This document shows, piece after piece, positions 60,260 to 64,000 of a stretch of 64,000 nt of DNA. Positions within the stretch are counted from its first letter, which is position 1, and every line of letters starts with the position of its first letter. Both the position numbers and the translations under genes were made by a program. The notes beneath the pieces were generated by a model, which worked only from the letters and a program-made list of their open reading frames with translations, was not told the origin of the DNA and searched no databases. Origin of the DNA: the human T2T-CHM13v2.0 reference genome, Homo sapiens. The DNA is taken from NCBI RefSeq assembly GCF_009914755.1, contig NC_060947.1, one strand, 5' to 3'.

Positions 60260-60806
60260 CAATTGGCTACCTCAGCCAGGTGATCAAGATCAACATCATT
60301 AGAGATAGTGATAAGACAGGTAGATAATATGTTCTCTTCATGCAATGAGAATGGCATTTTGCCTCTGTCTTCCCCGAGAACATATAACCCCAGTCTAATT
60401 ATGCGGAAATTGTCAGACAAACCCAAATTGAGGGACATTCTACAAAATACTTGACCATTACTGCTCAAAAGTATCAAGGTCATCAGAAACAAGGAAAGTT
60501 TAAGAAGCTGTCACAATCTAGAGGAGCCCAAAGAGATGTGATAGCTACATGTGATGCTGTATACTGGCTGAGATCCCGAAACAGAAAAAGGATAGTATGT
60601 AAAAACTAAGGAAATTTGCATAAAGTATGGACTTCAGTTAATGATGACTTATCAATGTTGGTTTATTTGTTTGACAAATGTAGCACACTAGTATAAGATA
60701 TTTACAACAGGGGAAAGTGGGTACAGAGTTTATGAGCACTCTTATACTATCTCTGCAATGTTTCTTTAAACCTAAAATTATTCTAAAATAAAATTTTATT
60801 TTAAAA
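60260..60806 (+). mobile_element. L1MC1-3-like 3' end
   Basis: CAGACAAACCCAAATTGAGGGACATTCTACAAAATAC...CTAAAATTATTCTAAAATAAAA. Confidence 0.85.
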
Positions 60807-60891
60807 GATATGTGTATTGGGAAAGTTAAATGTTATATGAACAGTGATGTTGGATTCTTAAAATCAGAAAGTCCCTGAAAGTATACCATAA

Positions 60892-61207
<316 letters not shown>

Positions 61208-62309
61208 AAATGGGGTTTTTAAATACTTGGTAAAGAATAGATCATGCCCAAGGTCACTATCATCTAGCTTTATATTTTTTAAATAACAAAGTATACAAAT
61301 ATATACTGATTATTGTTTCAAGTACTATATGTTATAGAGAATAAGAATAGGAAGTGATTAAAAGACTATGGTCCCAGTACATGGTAACATTGGTGAACAC
61401 AATTTATACAAACAACAGAGAATAGAGTCTTCATTCCAACCTTTTACACATCCTTAGGGAAAGTGCTATGTAAATGATACAATTGCTTTATACTTCATAG
61501 GGATACCACACAAAGGGAACACTTTTAATATCAAAGGATTCTAAGAATTTCAAGAAGTTTACTAAATGAGGAATTAGAGGAAGATGCAGGTAAGTATATC
61601 ATAAGGAAATATAATTTTAAAAGCTTATCAGTGCTAACTCAGGCTCAGCTATTATAATATGTAGCATCTTATGGACAAGGACAAAATAAATCTCACTGAA
61701 AACTTAAGACCATTTTTCACCTTGAAAACTCAATGTGGAATTTTCCATGAAGAGCCCTTGTCATCAAAGCACTCAGATATAGTATTGACCATATGAAGCC
61801 ACACTAGTACTTCTGGCTCATTGGAATGAAAATATCATATGAGTCAGCTTTTAAATTTTTTAAAAATTCTATTATTCTGATCTTAACACATTATTACTAC
61901 ATGAAATTTATCCTCAACATTTTGACTAGCTCTTTTTAAGTAGACTATTGTACAGGTATGACAAGTATATTAAAATACACATAACAATTTCATATTTGTA
62001 TCAGAGTATATCAAATTACCAATGTCTTCAAATATTCCATGCTAGAAATACCTGTTTGTAGAATTTCTGTACTGGATCACTTACCTCTTCTTTCTATAGC
62101 ATTTTGGCTTCACACCTTTCTCCCATAAATCCAACAGTTCAGTTACACTTTTTTCAAGTATGTTTAAATATTGGATTGAAAATCATGTACCCTGAAACCT
62201 CATAAAACTCTGTCACCAAAGAGCATGTCATCAGATTGAGTGGGATACAATACAGACCTGGATTATATAAAAATTATACGAAATTATACACAAGCAATTA
62301 AGTCTAAAA

Positions 62310-62890
62310 TACATTTCTTTACTGCTGAATTATAAGCACGGTATTGTGCTAGGTACTGTAAGGGTTGAAAATAAGCTGAATAAACCATAATCTCTGTTTT
62401 CAAGGACCATATAGTTCATTGGAGGAAGCAAACATATATATTCACATATTTTTATTACACTATATATTCATATTTCACAATAGAGGTAAAACTGAATTAT
62501 ATGGACATATGGAGGAGAGAAGGATTGAATTTTACTAGGGACATCTCAGAAGCATTAAGGGCAGAAAAAGTATTTGAATTGGGCCCTAAATGAATGCAGG
62601 AAACGTCAGTAGGTAAAAATGGGCTAGGAGGATAGGGAGGTATTTCAGATAGAGGGGGCATAAAGATGGAAAAGCATGCAATGTTTACAAGTAGCCCAGT
62701 GCAACTAGAGTGAGAAGTCAGATCCTGGAAGGCCAAATATATGACTGGGGAGTTTGAACATCATTCTGTATTAGAGGTTTTTGAGTGGTAGAATTTCAAA
62801 ATCCTATCTTATATTTGAATGTCTATTGGGCAATCATGATAGACGGGAAGAGACAGAAACCACTTAAGTGATGCTATAATAAGGCTTGAG
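62310..62890 (-). mobile_element. L2 fragment
   Basis: TATTGTGCTAGGTACTG...TTTGAATTGGGCCCTAAATGAATGCAGGA...GGAGTTTGAACATCATTCTG. Confidence 0.7.
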
Positions 62891-62936
62891 TTTATTTAAG
62901 TAGATACGTTCACTTAATTTTAACAGGTTAGTTAGG

Positions 62937-63745
<809 letters not shown>

Positions 63746-64000
63746 GAAGTCAAATCCAATATCTAGCCTGGTTTATCTTTGTACTAAATTATTGAATATT
63801 TTATTTCTATCATTTCTATACATAATATGGCTTAAAGATTACTGAATTATAAATAAAATCTAGAATTTTCTCCATATTGCTTAGTATAATCTTAACTATT
63901 ATATTGTGAAAGCTTTGTGATCCCTTGCATTTACAGCTTTTAGAGAAATGAAAGATACAGGATTTATATGTAAGAGAGGTCTTAGAAACCTATTTTGAAA

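Noticed and set aside
62079-62160. Minus-strand donor GAG|GTAAGT
   Set aside because: No acceptor with a pyrimidine tract at a plausible distance.

Overview
This is AT-rich primate genomic DNA, most likely human or another great ape: it carries AluY and an L1PA3-type element lacking the 129-bp ZNF93 site. It looks like the interior of a very long intron or a gene desert. I could not recognise any host protein-coding exon, and nearly all long ORFs in the track derive from Alu or L1. Roughly half the window is interspersed repeat: over 20 Alus, a full-length inactivated L1PA3 inserted in an ERV1 solo LTR, a near full-length ancient L1MA with intact target-site duplications (TSDs), MaLR and ERV1 solo LTRs, L2/MIR and DNA-transposon relics. 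The most notable observations are (1) a decayed RTE-clade (MamRTE1/BovB-like) reverse transcriptase fragment still readable as protein at about 51.4-51.8 kb, (2) a 65-bp locally templated insertion copied from 2.7 kb upstream into an Alu, (3) serial 3' transductions on the L1PA3, (4) two Alus inside one TSD, 37 bp from an inverted Alu, (5) three Alus stacked at one target site with microsatellites growing from the TSDs, (6) an intact L1 ORF0, and (7) several candidate cryptic exons or microexons in unique, motif-rich segments. Repeat subfamily calls come from remembered consensus diagnostics, not alignments, and boundaries without TSDs are approximate. I found no convincing new multi-gene system.
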